Assembly (NCBI GenBank): GCA_028748925.1
Contig: JAQTPE010000003.1
Location: forward strand, 1-47,141
Reading direction: 5' to 3'
Source: Candidatus Omnitrophota bacterium
Lineage (GTDB): Bacteria > Omnitrophota > Gorgyraeia > 2-01-FULL-45-10
Length of the DNA stretch: 47,141 nucleotides
Shown here: in pieces, positions 25,780-37,208 of the stretch
Numbering within the stretch: the first letter of the stretch is position 1
How the letters are laid out: each line of letters begins with the position of its first letter
Translations under genes and position numbers: made by a program
The notes under the pieces: generated by a model
What the model was told of the DNA's origin: nothing
What the model saw: only the letters and a program-made list of their open reading frames with translations
Databases searched by the model: none

Positions 25780-26259
25780 ATGGCTATAAAGAATATAATG
25801 GTATGTGTTGCCGCGGAAGGCATATCGTTGATAACCGTGAAGTATGCTATAGCGCTCGCGAAGATACTTCAGGCCAGGCTTTCGGCCATATATGTTGTCA
25901 ACGAAAGACTGTTGCGAGAGCTTCTTAAGTCGAAAGTGCTTGTGGATGTTGAGGCGCGAGGTTACGAGAAGGAGCTTGAGGAACAAGGGAGCCGTTTTAT
26001 AGAGAGGATAAAGTCGATGTCCGAAAAGAAGGGTGTGGTCTGTGACGCCGTTGTTTTAAAGGGTATTGTACATGAAGAGGTAATGAAACAGGCGGGCGTT
26101 TTGAATCCGGACATGCTTGTAATGGGAGAGCTTAGAGAAGTATTATCGCTCAAAGAGACTTTCTACGACGAAGGAGAGAGGATATTCCGTGAAGCGCCAT
26201 GCCCCGTGGTGGTGGTAAAGAATGCGTCTTTAGTTGAAAAATTATACAATGAGTTGTAA
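25780..26259 (+). CDS. universal stress protein (UspA family)
   Basis: 159 aa; IMVCV ... AIYVV ... MLVMGE ... PCPVVVVK pattern. Confidence 0.8.
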   Translation: MAIKNIMVCVAAEGISLITVKYAIALAKILQARLSAIYVVNERLLRELLKSKVLVDVEARGYEKELEEQGSRFIERIKSMSEKKGVVCDAVVLKGIVHEEVMKQAGVLNPDMLVMGELREVLSLKETFYDEGERIFREAPCPVVVVKNASLVEKLYNEL

Positions 26260-26268
26260 TATATAAAT

Positions 26269-27585
26269 ATGTCTTATAAATTCTACGGCGGCGTACATCC
26301 TTCCCAGCTTAAGAATCTCACATCGGACGGGGCTATAAAGAGGATCTTCGTGCCTAAAAGGGTGGTCCTGCCGCTCTCCCAGCATACCGGTTCGCCCGCT
26401 GAACCGGTTGTGAAAGCGGGCGAACAGGTGAAGGCGTATATCGAGATCGCGAAGGCCACGGGATTCGTATCGAGTCCTGTCCATGCGTCTATAAGCGGCA
26501 AGGTTACAAAGATCTCATATTCGCCCACTCCCGTGTCCAATAGAGCGCTTTCCGTATTTATAGAATCTCAGGATGATGAAGACAGGGATTTTAAGATCAA
26601 AGAGCATCGTGATCCGAATGGTCTCCCGGCCGAAGAACTGATCTCAATAATAAGAGACGCCGGGATAGTCGGTTTAGGCGGCGCGGCGTTCCCGACGCAT
26701 GTGAAACTATCGCCGCCAAAAAATAAGTCTATAGATACCGTCATATTGAACGGCGCCGAGTGCGAGCCCTATCTTACCTGCGACCAGCGCATAATGATGG
26801 AGAACCCTAAAGAGATATTGAGTGGGCTGGAAGTAATTTTAAAGATCCTGAACGCAAAGAACGCTTATATTGCCATCGAAGATAACAAACAACCCGCGAT
26901 TTACGCGATGGAAAAAGCGTTAAAATCTTTCAGCTTTCATCTTCCGGATATCAGCGTAAAGATCGTTAATTTAAGGACAAAATATCCGCAGGGCGCGGAG
27001 AAGCAGATAATAAAGTCTATATTAAACAGAACCGTCCCTTTCGGCGGACTTCCTATGGATGTAGGGTGTGTTGTTCAGAATGTACAAACGGTATATGCCA
27101 TATACGAGGCGGTATATTCAGGCAAGCCTTTAATAGAACGCTCCATAACCCTTACCGGTTCCTGCCTGAAAGAGCCCGTAAATATACGTGTCAGGATAGG
27201 CACCGTAATAAAGGATCTCGTGGATTTTATAGGCGGATTCAAGAAGGAACCCAAAAAGATAATTATGGGCGGGCCGATGATGGGGCTCGCCCAATATACG
27301 ATGGACGTTCCGATAGTAAAAGGGACGGGCGGCGTGTTGTTTCTGTCGGAGGAAGAAAATCCGCGAACCGAAGAATCGGTGTGCATACGCTGCGGTAAAT
27401 GTATCGAAGTCTGTCCTATGCAGCTGGCTCCGACGGCGCTTATGTACAGGGTGAAGAGAGAATTTTTCGATGAAGCGAAGGATATGGGGATAGCCGGTTG
27501 TTTCGAGTGTGGAGCATGCGCTTACGAATGCCCGGCCAAGATACCGCTTCTGGACTATATGAAATATGGTAAGGCGAGAATATGA
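26269..27585 (+). CDS. rnfC: Rnf complex subunit C
   Basis: 438 aa; GGVHPS start, GLGGAAFPTHVK NADH/FMN region, two CxxCxxCxxxCP motifs. Confidence 0.93.
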   Translation: MSYKFYGGVHPSQLKNLTSDGAIKRIFVPKRVVLPLSQHTGSPAEPVVKAGEQVKAYIEIAKATGFVSSPVHASISGKVTKISYSPTPVSNRALSVFIESQDDEDRDFKIKEHRDPNGLPAEELISIIRDAGIVGLGGAAFPTHVKLSPPKNKSIDTVILNGAECEPYLTCDQRIMMENPKEILSGLEVILKILNAKNAYIAIEDNKQPAIYAMEKALKSFSFHLPDISVKIVNLRTKYPQGAEKQIIKSILNRTVPFGGLPMDVGCVVQNVQTVYAIYEAVYSGKPLIERSITLTGSCLKEPVNIRVRIGTVIKDLVDFIGGFKKEPKKIIMGGPMMGLAQYTMDVPIVKGTGGVLFLSEEENPRTEESVCIRCGKCIEVCPMQLAPTALMYRVKREFFDEAKDMGIAGCFECGACAYECPAKIPLLDYMKYGKARI

Positions 27586-27659
27586 ACCCCGTTACACCTC
27601 TTAAAGTTAATTTATTAGGTGTGAAGGGCAATAGAGTTTAGTTGGAGGTGTAACGGGGT
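27586..27659 (+). promoter_or_regulatory. 15-bp perfect inverted repeat enclosing the rnfD RBS and start codon
   Basis: ACCCCGTTACACCTC (27586-27600) / GAGGTGTAACGGGGT (27645-27659), 44-nt loop; the 3' arm contains most of the GGAGG RBS and part of GTG 27658. Confidence 0.6.
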
Positions 27660-28617
27660 GAATAATCCGTTAATAGTTTCCGTGGGGCCGCATATGCGCG
27701 CCAAGATTTCTACAAGAAGTATTATGTGGACGGTCAATCTGGCCCTGTTACCGGCCGGCGCGGCGGGTGTATTTATATTCGGGATCCATTCGCTCTATGT
27801 GATAGCGGTATCAGTCCTTTCGGCCGTAGTTACCGAATGGGCTATTCTATCTTTCAGAAAAAAGGAGATAGTTATTTTTGACGGCAGCGCTGTCCTTACA
27901 GGATTATTACTGGCATATAATCTTCCGCCCGGAGTTCCTTTATGGCTTCCCGCCGCAGGTTCGTTCTTCGCGATAGCGATAGGCAAGCAGGTCTTCGGCG
28001 GCCTCGGTCACAATATATTTAATCCCGCGCTGGCGGGGAGAGCATTCCTGATGGTCTCCTGGCCTGTATATATGACTACATGGCAGAATCCCAGATGGCA
28101 GGTGGACGCAATAACTACCGCTACGCCTCTGGCGCTGCTCAAACATAGCCAATTCGACCTTTTGAAGGGTACGACTTATATGGATCTCTTTTTAGGCAAC
28201 CGCGGTGGTTGCATTGGAGAAGTCTGCATCGCGGCTCTTCTCATAGGGGCGGCATATCTATTTTTGAAAAAATATATAACCTGGCACATACCGTTAACAT
28301 ATATATCTTCAGTCGCTTTTTTAAGTCTGGCCTTTAACGGGCCGGGAGGCCTATTCACCGGCGACGCGCTCTTCTTTGTGCTTTCCGGCGGACTTGTGCT
28401 TGGCGCGTTATTTATGGCGACCGATTATGTGACGAGCCCTTTGAGCAATAAGGGCAAGATAATATTCGGTATCGGCTGCGGCGTATTGACTTTTGTTATC
28501 AGAAAATTTTCCGGATATCCTGAGGGTACCTCATACGCGATACTTATAATGAACGCATTCGTTCCCGTGATAGACAGGTTTACATATCCGAAATGGTTTG
28601 GTTGGAGGAAAAAATGA
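27658..28617 (+). CDS. rnfD: Rnf complex subunit D
   Basis: 319 aa polytopic membrane protein; MATDYVTSP FMN-attachment region. Confidence 0.92.
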   Translation: MNNPLIVSVGPHMRAKISTRSIMWTVNLALLPAGAAGVFIFGIHSLYVIAVSVLSAVVTEWAILSFRKKEIVIFDGSAVLTGLLLAYNLPPGVPLWLPAAGSFFAIAIGKQVFGGLGHNIFNPALAGRAFLMVSWPVYMTTWQNPRWQVDAITTATPLALLKHSQFDLLKGTTYMDLFLGNRGGCIGEVCIAALLIGAAYLFLKKYITWHIPLTYISSVAFLSLAFNGPGGLFTGDALFFVLSGGLVLGALFMATDYVTSPLSNKGKIIFGIGCGVLTFVIRKFSGYPEGTSYAILIMNAFVPVIDRFTYPKWFGWRKK

Positions 28618-29156
28618 ATCAATTGTTAAAATTTGGACTGGTCCTCGGAGTGATATGCCTGGCGGCCACGCTTGTGTTGGCTGTGACATATGAGGTTACA
28701 AAGCCCAAGATCGAGGAACAGCTTAAAGCTGAAGAGCAGAGCGCCTTAAAATCGATAATGCCGTCGGCGGACTCCTTTGTCGAAAAGACTCTGGACGGAA
28801 TAGAATATTTCGAAGCGCTTAAAGGCAGGACGGTTGCCGGATATTGCGTAAGAGTTACGGGAAACGGGTACAACGGACCTATAAGGATGATAGCGGGTGT
28901 GGATTTAGACGGCACCATTGAGGGGGTCTCTGTCCTGGAGAATAGCGAGACTCCGGGACTTGGCGCCAAGATAAACGAGATAAGGCCCGGTGAGAGCGAG
29001 CCGTGGTTTCTTAAGCAGTTTAAGGGCAAGTCCGCCGGTACCATAGCTATCAAGAGTAATATAGACGCGATAACCGGAGCGACGATCTCAAGCAAGGCCG
29101 TCACGGACGCCATACGTAAAACTGTGGACGATCTATTGGGCAAATTAAAGAAATAG
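28614..29156 (+). CDS. rnfG: Rnf complex subunit G
   Basis: 180 aa from ATG 28614 (ATGA overlap with rnfD, GGAGG 5 nt upstream); FMN-binding DAITGATISSKAV. Confidence 0.9.
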   Translation: MNQLLKFGLVLGVICLAATLVLAVTYEVTKPKIEEQLKAEEQSALKSIMPSADSFVEKTLDGIEYFEALKGRTVAGYCVRVTGNGYNGPIRMIAGVDLDGTIEGVSVLENSETPGLGAKINEIRPGESEPWFLKQFKGKSAGTIAIKSNIDAITGATISSKAVTDAIRKTVDDLLGKLKK

Positions 29157-29159
29157 GAT

Positions 29160-29759
29160 ATGGAAAAGACCGGACTATTCGGAGAATTCGTAAAGGGCTT
29201 ATGGAAAGAGAATCCCACTTTCAGGATAGTGCTCGGCCTTTGTCCGACGCTGGCCGTCTCTACCAGCGTTAATAACGGTATAGGGATGGGAGTGGCCGCC
29301 ACCTTCGTACTGGTGGGCGCTAATATATTCATATCGCTTGTACGCAATGTGATACCGGAGAAAGTGCGCATACCCTGTTTTGTGGTAGTAATCGCGACCT
29401 TCGTCACGATAGTCGAGCTTGCGATGAAGGCATACGCGCCTCTATTATCGAGGTCTTTGGGAATATATGTGCCGCTGATAGTGGTTAATTGCATAGTCTT
29501 GGGCCGGGCAGAGGCGTTCTCTTCAAAACATCCGCCCATAAGGTCCATACTAGATTCGCTGGGAATGGGGCTGGGGTTCACCTGGGCGCTTGTAGTCATA
29601 TCCTTTATAAGAGAATCGCTGGGTAACGGCACCGTATTGGGTTTCTATATAAACAGGTCTTTTGAACCGGCGCTCTTTATGATATTGGCGCCGGGAGCGC
29701 TGCTTACGATAGGGATCCTGATAGGGGCGATCAACTACTTCATGAGCAAGAGAAGATAA
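29160..29759 (+). CDS. rnfE: Rnf complex subunit E
   Basis: 199 aa; NPTFRIVLGLCPTLAV motif. Confidence 0.92.
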   Translation: MEKTGLFGEFVKGLWKENPTFRIVLGLCPTLAVSTSVNNGIGMGVAATFVLVGANIFISLVRNVIPEKVRIPCFVVVIATFVTIVELAMKAYAPLLSRSLGIYVPLIVVNCIVLGRAEAFSSKHPPIRSILDSLGMGLGFTWALVVISFIRESLGNGTVLGFYINRSFEPALFMILAPGALLTIGILIGAINYFMSKRR

Positions 29760-30367
29760 TGGATCTATCCGCATATATAGCCATAATAATCAGCACCGTA
29801 TTCATAAATAACTTTATACTGTCCAGGTTTCTGGGGCTCTGCCCTTTCATAGGGGTTTCAAAGCATACCGGCCCGGCCATCTCGATGGGCATCGCCGTCA
29901 CGTTCGTTACTACTATGGCCTCCATTATAACGTGGCTGCTGTATAAATTTGTACTCCTTCCATATAATCTCCAATATCTGCGCACATTGAGTTTTATACT
30001 GGTCATAGCCGCATTTGTTCAATTCGCCGAAATAATAATACAGAAGAAGTCTCCGGCGCTGTACAGGACACTCGGTATCTACCTGGCGCTCATAACCACG
30101 AACTGCGCGGTCTTCGGAGTGGCGATATTGAATACGGATATGTTCTTTATTAATAACAAGGCCGTCGCCGGAAGCTTTTTCATGTCGGTTCTGCAGGGAT
30201 TCGGAGCCGGCGCCGGATTTACCCTGGCCATGTTTCTTATGTCCGGCATAAGAGAGAGGCTGGAGTTCTCGGATGTTCCTAAATGCTTTAAAGACGCTCC
30301 TGTCACTTTTATAATAGCGAGTCTTATGTCGCTTGCGTTCCTGGGTTTTAGCGGATTTAAAATATAG
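29759..30367 (+). CDS. rnfA: Rnf complex subunit A
   Basis: 202 aa; NNFILSRFLGLCPFIGVS motif. Confidence 0.92.
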   Translation: MDLSAYIAIIISTVFINNFILSRFLGLCPFIGVSKHTGPAISMGIAVTFVTTMASIITWLLYKFVLLPYNLQYLRTLSFILVIAAFVQFAEIIIQKKSPALYRTLGIYLALITTNCAVFGVAILNTDMFFINNKAVAGSFFMSVLQGFGAGAGFTLAMFLMSGIRERLEFSDVPKCFKDAPVTFIIASLMSLAFLGFSGFKI

Positions 30368-30406
30368 TCTTCACCGTGGCGGTGAAAGTACCGGTGGTCT
30401 CAAACT

Positions 30407-31198
30407 ATGATAATGAATTTATTGATTCCTATAGCGGTGATGGCATTGATGGGCCTCGTATCCGGTGCGGCCCTTGCGTATGTGTTGAAACTTTTCGGGA
30501 TAAAGGCAGATCCCGCTATATCTATGATCCTTGCGCGCCTTCCGGGCTCGAACTGCGGCGCGTGCGGCAGGGCCGGATGCGCCGGATTCGCGGAAGCGCT
30601 CAAAAAAGGTGAAGCGATGCCGTCGGGCTGCGTAGTAAGTAACGAAGCGGCCAGAATTTCTATTGCGGAAATTCTGGGAATAGATTATAATCCGAAAGTC
30701 AAAACTATCGCGGCAGTTCTTTGTAACGGCGGCAAGCGCGCCAAAGATAAATACGCGTACAGAGGTATAAGAAGCTGCAAAGCCGCGTCGCTCGTATTCG
30801 GCGGCCAGAAGGCGTGCGCGTTCGGATGCTTAGGCCTTGGGGATTGCGCCGATATCTGTCCGTTCGATGCCATAACGATGGGCGCAGACGGACTTCCCGT
30901 GGTGGACGCGTATAAATGCACAGCCTGCGGTAAGTGCGTTGCAACGTGTCCGAAGAAGCTTTTCGAACTGATACCGGTCGATAAATCCTATTATGTGAAA
31001 TGCAGTTCTAAAGATACGGGAGCGGTAGTTACGAAAGTGTGTTCCGCGGGATGCATAGCGTGCAGAAAGTGCGAAACGGTTTGCCCCGCAGGCGCTATAA
31101 AAGTAGAGAATAATTTATCAAAAATTGATTACGGGAAGTGTCAAAACATGGGGAAATGTTTTGAAGTCTGCCCGACTAAAGTAATATTAAAGAGGTAG
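30407..31198 (+). CDS. rnfB: Rnf complex subunit B
   Basis: 263 aa; N-terminal TM, CGACGRAGCAGFAEA cluster, several ferredoxin-type Cys motifs. Confidence 0.9.
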   Translation: MIMNLLIPIAVMALMGLVSGAALAYVLKLFGIKADPAISMILARLPGSNCGACGRAGCAGFAEALKKGEAMPSGCVVSNEAARISIAEILGIDYNPKVKTIAAVLCNGGKRAKDKYAYRGIRSCKAASLVFGGQKACAFGCLGLGDCADICPFDAITMGADGLPVVDAYKCTACGKCVATCPKKLFELIPVDKSYYVKCSSKDTGAVVTKVCSAGCIACRKCETVCPAGAIKVENNLSKIDYGKCQNMGKCFEVCPTKVILKR

Positions 31199-31207
31199 AG
31201 GTATCAT

Positions 31208-31531
31208 ATGGTAGAGATAAACAGCGGCAATTTTGGTAAAGAGGTATTGGGTTCGGATAGGCTCGTCCTTGTGGATTTCTGGGCGCCGTGGTGCGTACCG
31301 TGCAAGGTGATAGCCCCCGCGGTGGAAAGGATAGCCGAGGAGCGGAGAGCCAGCGTAAAGGTCGCGAAGGCTAATGTAGACGACAGTCCGGAGTTGGCAA
31401 CGGAATTATCCATATTTAATATTCCGACGATAGTATTCTTTAAATCCGGTAAGGAACATTCCCGCCTTGTCGGCGTTAATACCAAAGAGGCCATCGACGC
31501 CAAGATAGAGAAGATAGCAAACGAGGAGTAA
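31208..31531 (+). CDS. trxA: thioredoxin
   Basis: 107 aa; active site WAPWCVPCK (WCxPC). Confidence 0.92.
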   Translation: MVEINSGNFGKEVLGSDRLVLVDFWAPWCVPCKVIAPAVERIAEERRASVKVAKANVDDSPELATELSIFNIPTIVFFKSGKEHSRLVGVNTKEAIDAKIEKIANEE

Positions 31532-31550
31532 AAGGAAGGTTGCCAACGGG

Positions 31551-33687
<2,137 letters not shown>

Positions 33688-33690
33688 GAA

Positions 33691-33753
33691 GGGTCAGGCG
33701 CTTTTTTGGAAAAGGTGCCACATATACTCCAAAAAAGCGCCTGGCCCCTTTTA
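33691..33753 (+). terminator. long-stem intrinsic terminator ending the rnf-eno-ftsB transcription unit
   Basis: GGGTCAGGCGCTTTTTTGG / CCAAAAAAGCGCCTGGCCC, 19-bp stem (one G-U), then CTTTT. Confidence 0.7.
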
Positions 33754-33769
33754 CTGTTAGTAATAAAGC

Positions 33770-33797
33770 TTGCAAACGGCAAAATCTCTGTTATAAT
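33770..33797 (+). promoter_or_regulatory. promoter of initiator tRNA-Met
   Basis: TTGCAA, 16-nt spacer, TATAAT; the -10 box ends 11 nt before the tRNA. Confidence 0.55.
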
Positions 33798-33807
33798 GGA
33801 GCTACAT

Positions 33808-33884
<77 letters not shown>

Positions 33885-33888
33885 AAAT

Positions 33889-33945
33889 AAAAAAGGGTCA
33901 GACCCATTCACGATGTAATAGACATGTTGGGTCAGACCCTTTTTT
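33889..33945. terminator. bidirectional terminator between tRNA-Met and the convergent decarboxylase gene
   Basis: A6-GGGTCAGACCC ... GGGTCAGACCC-T6; the two near-palindromic 11-mers and the A/T runs pair. Confidence 0.6.
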
Positions 33946-33982
33946 ATTTTTCATAGGGGAAACGCTTCGGCGAGATCTGTGA

Positions 33983-35110
33983 CTATTTGTTAATGTGAAC
34001 GACTTTCGCGGGTGGAAACCCGTTAAAGTAGGTGCTCGAGGCTATCGAGTAAGCGCCGATATTTTCGGCGTACAGGTAGTCGCCAATCTCAAGATCCGGA
34101 AGTTCCTCAGCTACGGATATCGTGTCGAACGCGTCGCACGTGGGACCGAATACGGAACACACCTTCTTTTCGCCATCCTTAAATGCCTTAAGAGGGTAGA
34201 CGCAATGATCGAATACTATCCCTGAAAATGTGTGATAAACCCCGTCATCCAGATAATAGCATGTCTTGCCGTCGCGGACAGCTTTCCCTATTATCTTCGT
34301 GACCAGAGTCGCGGCATTGGCCACCATGAATCTCCCTGGTTCGGCGAGTATCTCCATCGTCTTTGGGAATAGCCGGTCTATCTCGGTGTTCAATTTCCTG
34401 GCGAGGGTCTTGAAGGATTTCACTTTGTTGTTATATTTCACAGGAAATCCGCCGCCTATATCGAGTATATTGATCTTATGGCCGCGCGATTCAGCCTCTT
34501 TCAATATCGATGAGGCGAGTTGGATCGCCTGCATGTAGTTCTCGAAATTATTACACTGGCTTCCCACATGGAAGCTTATCCCTTCTACAATGAGGCCTAT
34601 CTTGAATGCTTCAAGTATCAGATCAACCGCCTCGCCCGGATGGGCGCCGAACTTGGATGAGAGCTCGACCATTGAGCCCGTATTCGGGACGCGTATTCTC
34701 AAAACGAGCCCGGCATGGGGGCAGTGCTTCTTTATCTTTTTAAGTTCATCGATATTATCATATGTGACGAGCGGTTTATATTGGTCGAGCTTTCTTAAAG
34801 TCTCTTCCTGTTTTATAGTATTGGCGTAGATTATCTTATCCCATATGAAATCCTGCCTATTCTTTTTTGACAGGTTCTTTATATTCTCATGCACTATCAT
34901 GAACTCCGGGAACGAGGCGACATCGAAGCTTGCGCCCATTTTGTAAAGAGTTCTGACTATCTCGGGATTGGAGTTTGCTTTTACCGCATAGTATGCCTGG
35001 ACTCTCGGAAGGGCTTCTTTGAACTCCCTGTAGTTCTCTCTTATCTTCTTGTGGTCGAGTATGAATACGGGAGTTCCTTTTTTCTTAGCTATCTTTAAGA
35101 TATCAGCCAA
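33983..35110 (-). CDS. type III PLP-dependent decarboxylase (ornithine/lysine decarboxylase-like)
   Basis: 375 aa; YAVKAN PLP-lysine motif, GGGFP, EPGRF, CDAFD substrate-site Cys. Confidence 0.85.
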   Translation of the reverse strand: MADILKIAKKKGTPVFILDHKKIRENYREFKEALPRVQAYYAVKANSNPEIVRTLYKMGASFDVASFPEFMIVHENIKNLSKKNRQDFIWDKIIYANTIKQEETLRKLDQYKPLVTYDNIDELKKIKKHCPHAGLVLRIRVPNTGSMVELSSKFGAHPGEAVDLILEAFKIGLIVEGISFHVGSQCNNFENYMQAIQLASSILKEAESRGHKINILDIGGGFPVKYNNKVKSFKTLARKLNTEIDRLFPKTMEILAEPGRFMVANAATLVTKIIGKAVRDGKTCYYLDDGVYHTFSGIVFDHCVYPLKAFKDGEKKVCSVFGPTCDAFDTISVAEELPDLEIGDYLYAENIGAYSIASSTYFNGFPPAKVVHINK

Positions 35111-35121
35111 TTTATTCTCCT

Positions 35122-36576
35122 TTAGTCTTTGAACAAGAAATTATTGAAAGACCATATATTCTTCTCATCAAGATATGCGTTTGGATTCTCTCTAAAGAAT
35201 ACCCTGTAATTTTTTAAAGGCGTCCAGTCTGACGGAAGAGAGGCCAGATTCCCCAGATAAGGTTTTGCTATAGCCAGTATATAATCATGTGGCAGGTCGT
35301 CGGGGATGCAGACGCCTTTACGGGGGTTCTCTATCATCCACATCGCGGCCGAGACGACGCCTATGGCCACCTGCATGGTTGTGGCATTCTGGTGCGGCAC
35401 CAATCTTCTCGATTCATCGATAGAGAGGATGCTTCCCGTCCACCATGAATTATATTTATGCCCCATAAGAAGCGCGCCGAGTATGTCATCGCCCGTTTTT
35501 ATCTCATCGCTCATTATCCTTAAATTCGGCTGCAGTTCATAATTTCTGCAACGCAGTTCATAGAGCGAGGATATAGTTTCATGACACGGCATATAAGCAT
35601 AATGGACGGTCGGCCTGTATACGGCTTTCCCGTCCTTCCATACGGTGAGCTTATCGGATATCGAGAAAGCTTCGCCGTGTCTTATTACCATACCTATTAT
35701 CTCCTGATGCGGTATCCAGCTCCTCACCCATGTATTTATTCCCATCTGCGACAAGAATATCTGGTTTTTCGGGCCATATGGAGGTTTATTCGCCAACGGT
35801 GGAAGAGTCTTCTCGTGAGTGCCCCAGCCCATTTCGGCGGGGGATATGCCCTCTTCCCTTAAACCTTCTATGCTCCATGTTCCGACGAATTCATCCACTT
35901 CTTTGGGCCTGTTTGTAATCTGGGTATCCCTTTCGCTGCAGTGGATCACCTTTATACCGAGCTTGTAAGCGAGATCCGGGTACGATTTTGTACGCAGCAG
36001 TTTCTCGAGCCCTGAGGCCTCTCTCTTTGGCGTCGTCTTGTCGCGTATCATCTTTTCTGCTATGTCGACTATACCTTTTTTGGTGAAATGCGAGATGAGA
36101 CCCGGATTGGCGCCGTGATCCACTACGGCGGTGATAGAGTCGTTATCCCATTTGGAGATCATTTCGCGGATCAGCATTTGGCGGTAGTAGAGCGATTTTT
36201 TAAACGGACTCTTATTGTGGATGCCTGCGTAGGGGTCCCATTCTTCAACCGAGGTGTTTATATAAAGCACTTTGTTTTCATGGCACCACGTCAGTATATC
36301 GTTACAACCGATATTCCATCCGAGGTCTATGATGAGCCCGCCGGCGGATACATATTTGGAGAGCACCTGGGATATGTTTATCGGAGTGATCTTCTCCTGA
36401 GAATAGTGCACGCCTTTTTTGATCCAGTCTTTCAGCTCGCCGCGCTTATTGGCAAAATCTACTATAGTTATGTTTTTGCATGGGATATCCACATGTTTTA
36501 AAAGTATCGGCAGGGTGCATTTAGAGACAGAACCGTAGCCGATAATAAGAACCTTGTTCCTGAACTTCAACATCAT
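35122..36576 (-). CDS. hss: homospermidine synthase
   Basis: 484 aa; N-terminal Rossmann IIGYGSVSKCTLPILLKH; size and overall pattern as in bacterial HSS; GGAGG upstream favours the second ATG (36573). Confidence 0.75.
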   Translation of the reverse strand: MMLKFRNKVLIIGYGSVSKCTLPILLKHVDIPCKNITIVDFANKRGELKDWIKKGVHYSQEKITPINISQVLSKYVSAGGLIIDLGWNIGCNDILTWCHENKVLYINTSVEEWDPYAGIHNKSPFKKSLYYRQMLIREMISKWDNDSITAVVDHGANPGLISHFTKKGIVDIAEKMIRDKTTPKREASGLEKLLRTKSYPDLAYKLGIKVIHCSERDTQITNRPKEVDEFVGTWSIEGLREEGISPAEMGWGTHEKTLPPLANKPPYGPKNQIFLSQMGINTWVRSWIPHQEIIGMVIRHGEAFSISDKLTVWKDGKAVYRPTVHYAYMPCHETISSLYELRCRNYELQPNLRIMSDEIKTGDDILGALLMGHKYNSWWTGSILSIDESRRLVPHQNATTMQVAIGVVSAAMWMIENPRKGVCIPDDLPHDYILAIAKPYLGNLASLPSDWTPLKNYRVFFRENPNAYLDEKNIWSFNNFLFKD

Positions 36577-36601
36577 CTTTCCTCCATTTTTAATTTTGCC
36601 T

Positions 36602-36646
36602 ATTTTACGTTAATAAATTGACATTGTCAATTTCATAGTGTAACAT
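36602..36646. promoter_or_regulatory. divergent promoters sharing the palindrome TTGACATTGTCAA
   Basis: Plus strand: TTGACA (36618-36623), 17-nt spacer, TAACAT (36641-36646). Minus strand: TTGACA (36630-36625), 17-nt spacer, TAAAAT (36607-36602). Confidence 0.5.
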
Positions 36647-36654
36647 ATCAACTT

Positions 36655-37197
36655 ATGGTGAAGAAGATAGCGGGATTTGTTTTTATAGGAGCTCTCCTGG
36701 CCGGGATCGCTTATAGCGATATCGAGCCTAAAGAGGATATGACCGCGCAGGATCTTTCCGCGCTGCGTAAAAAAATGAGCCGCGTGAAACGCGAGATGGA
36801 TCTTCTTATAAAAGACATGGTATCGGGCGCGTCCGCGGCCAGCGACGTTGTTTTAAAGGATTTTGCCGGCGACGTCAGTATCGACGTACTGCAGAATGAA
36901 AAAAATGTTATAGTGAAGGCCGACCTTCCCGGCATGGAAAAGGATAAGATAAATATAGCGCTGGAGAGCGGGAGATTCTTAAAGATATCCGGGTCGCGTG
37001 ATGTACTTAAGAGCCGGAACTCGCCGGGTGTTGTAAGACAGGAGAGATTCTTCGGGAGTTTTGAGAAGACCGTGGAACTTCCGTGTGAAGTCGAGAATTT
37101 TGGAATAAACGCTACCTATAAGGATGGTGTTCTGGAGATCACGATCCCGAAGAAGGCCCCGGCGAAAGAGAATAAGGTAAAGATAAGCGTTAAATAA
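36655..37197 (+). CDS. Hsp20/alpha-crystallin small heat-shock protein with N-terminal signal/anchor
   Basis: 180 aa; MVKKIAGFVFIGALLAGIAYS hydrophobic N-terminus; classic ACD (VKADLPGMEKDKINI ... GVLEITIPKK). Confidence 0.85.
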   Translation: MVKKIAGFVFIGALLAGIAYSDIEPKEDMTAQDLSALRKKMSRVKREMDLLIKDMVSGASAASDVVLKDFAGDVSIDVLQNEKNVIVKADLPGMEKDKINIALESGRFLKISGSRDVLKSRNSPGVVRQERFFGSFEKTVELPCEVENFGINATYKDGVLEITIPKKAPAKENKVKISVK

Positions 37198-37208
37198 AGG
37201 AGGAGCAA

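Noticed and set aside
28619-29632. 337-aa ORF on the minus strand
   Set aside because: It is entirely antisense to rnfG and rnfE, which have unmistakable family motifs. Its composition is low-complexity and Ser/Pro/Thr-rich, and it has no RBS. It is a typical shadow frame.
36618-36630. TTGACATTGTCAA palindrome upstream of hsp20 as a heat-shock operator
   Set aside because: It does not match CIRCE (TTAGCACTC-N9-GAGTGCTAA) or HAIR (CTTGAGT-N7-ACTCAAG). It is more simply two overlapping -35 boxes.
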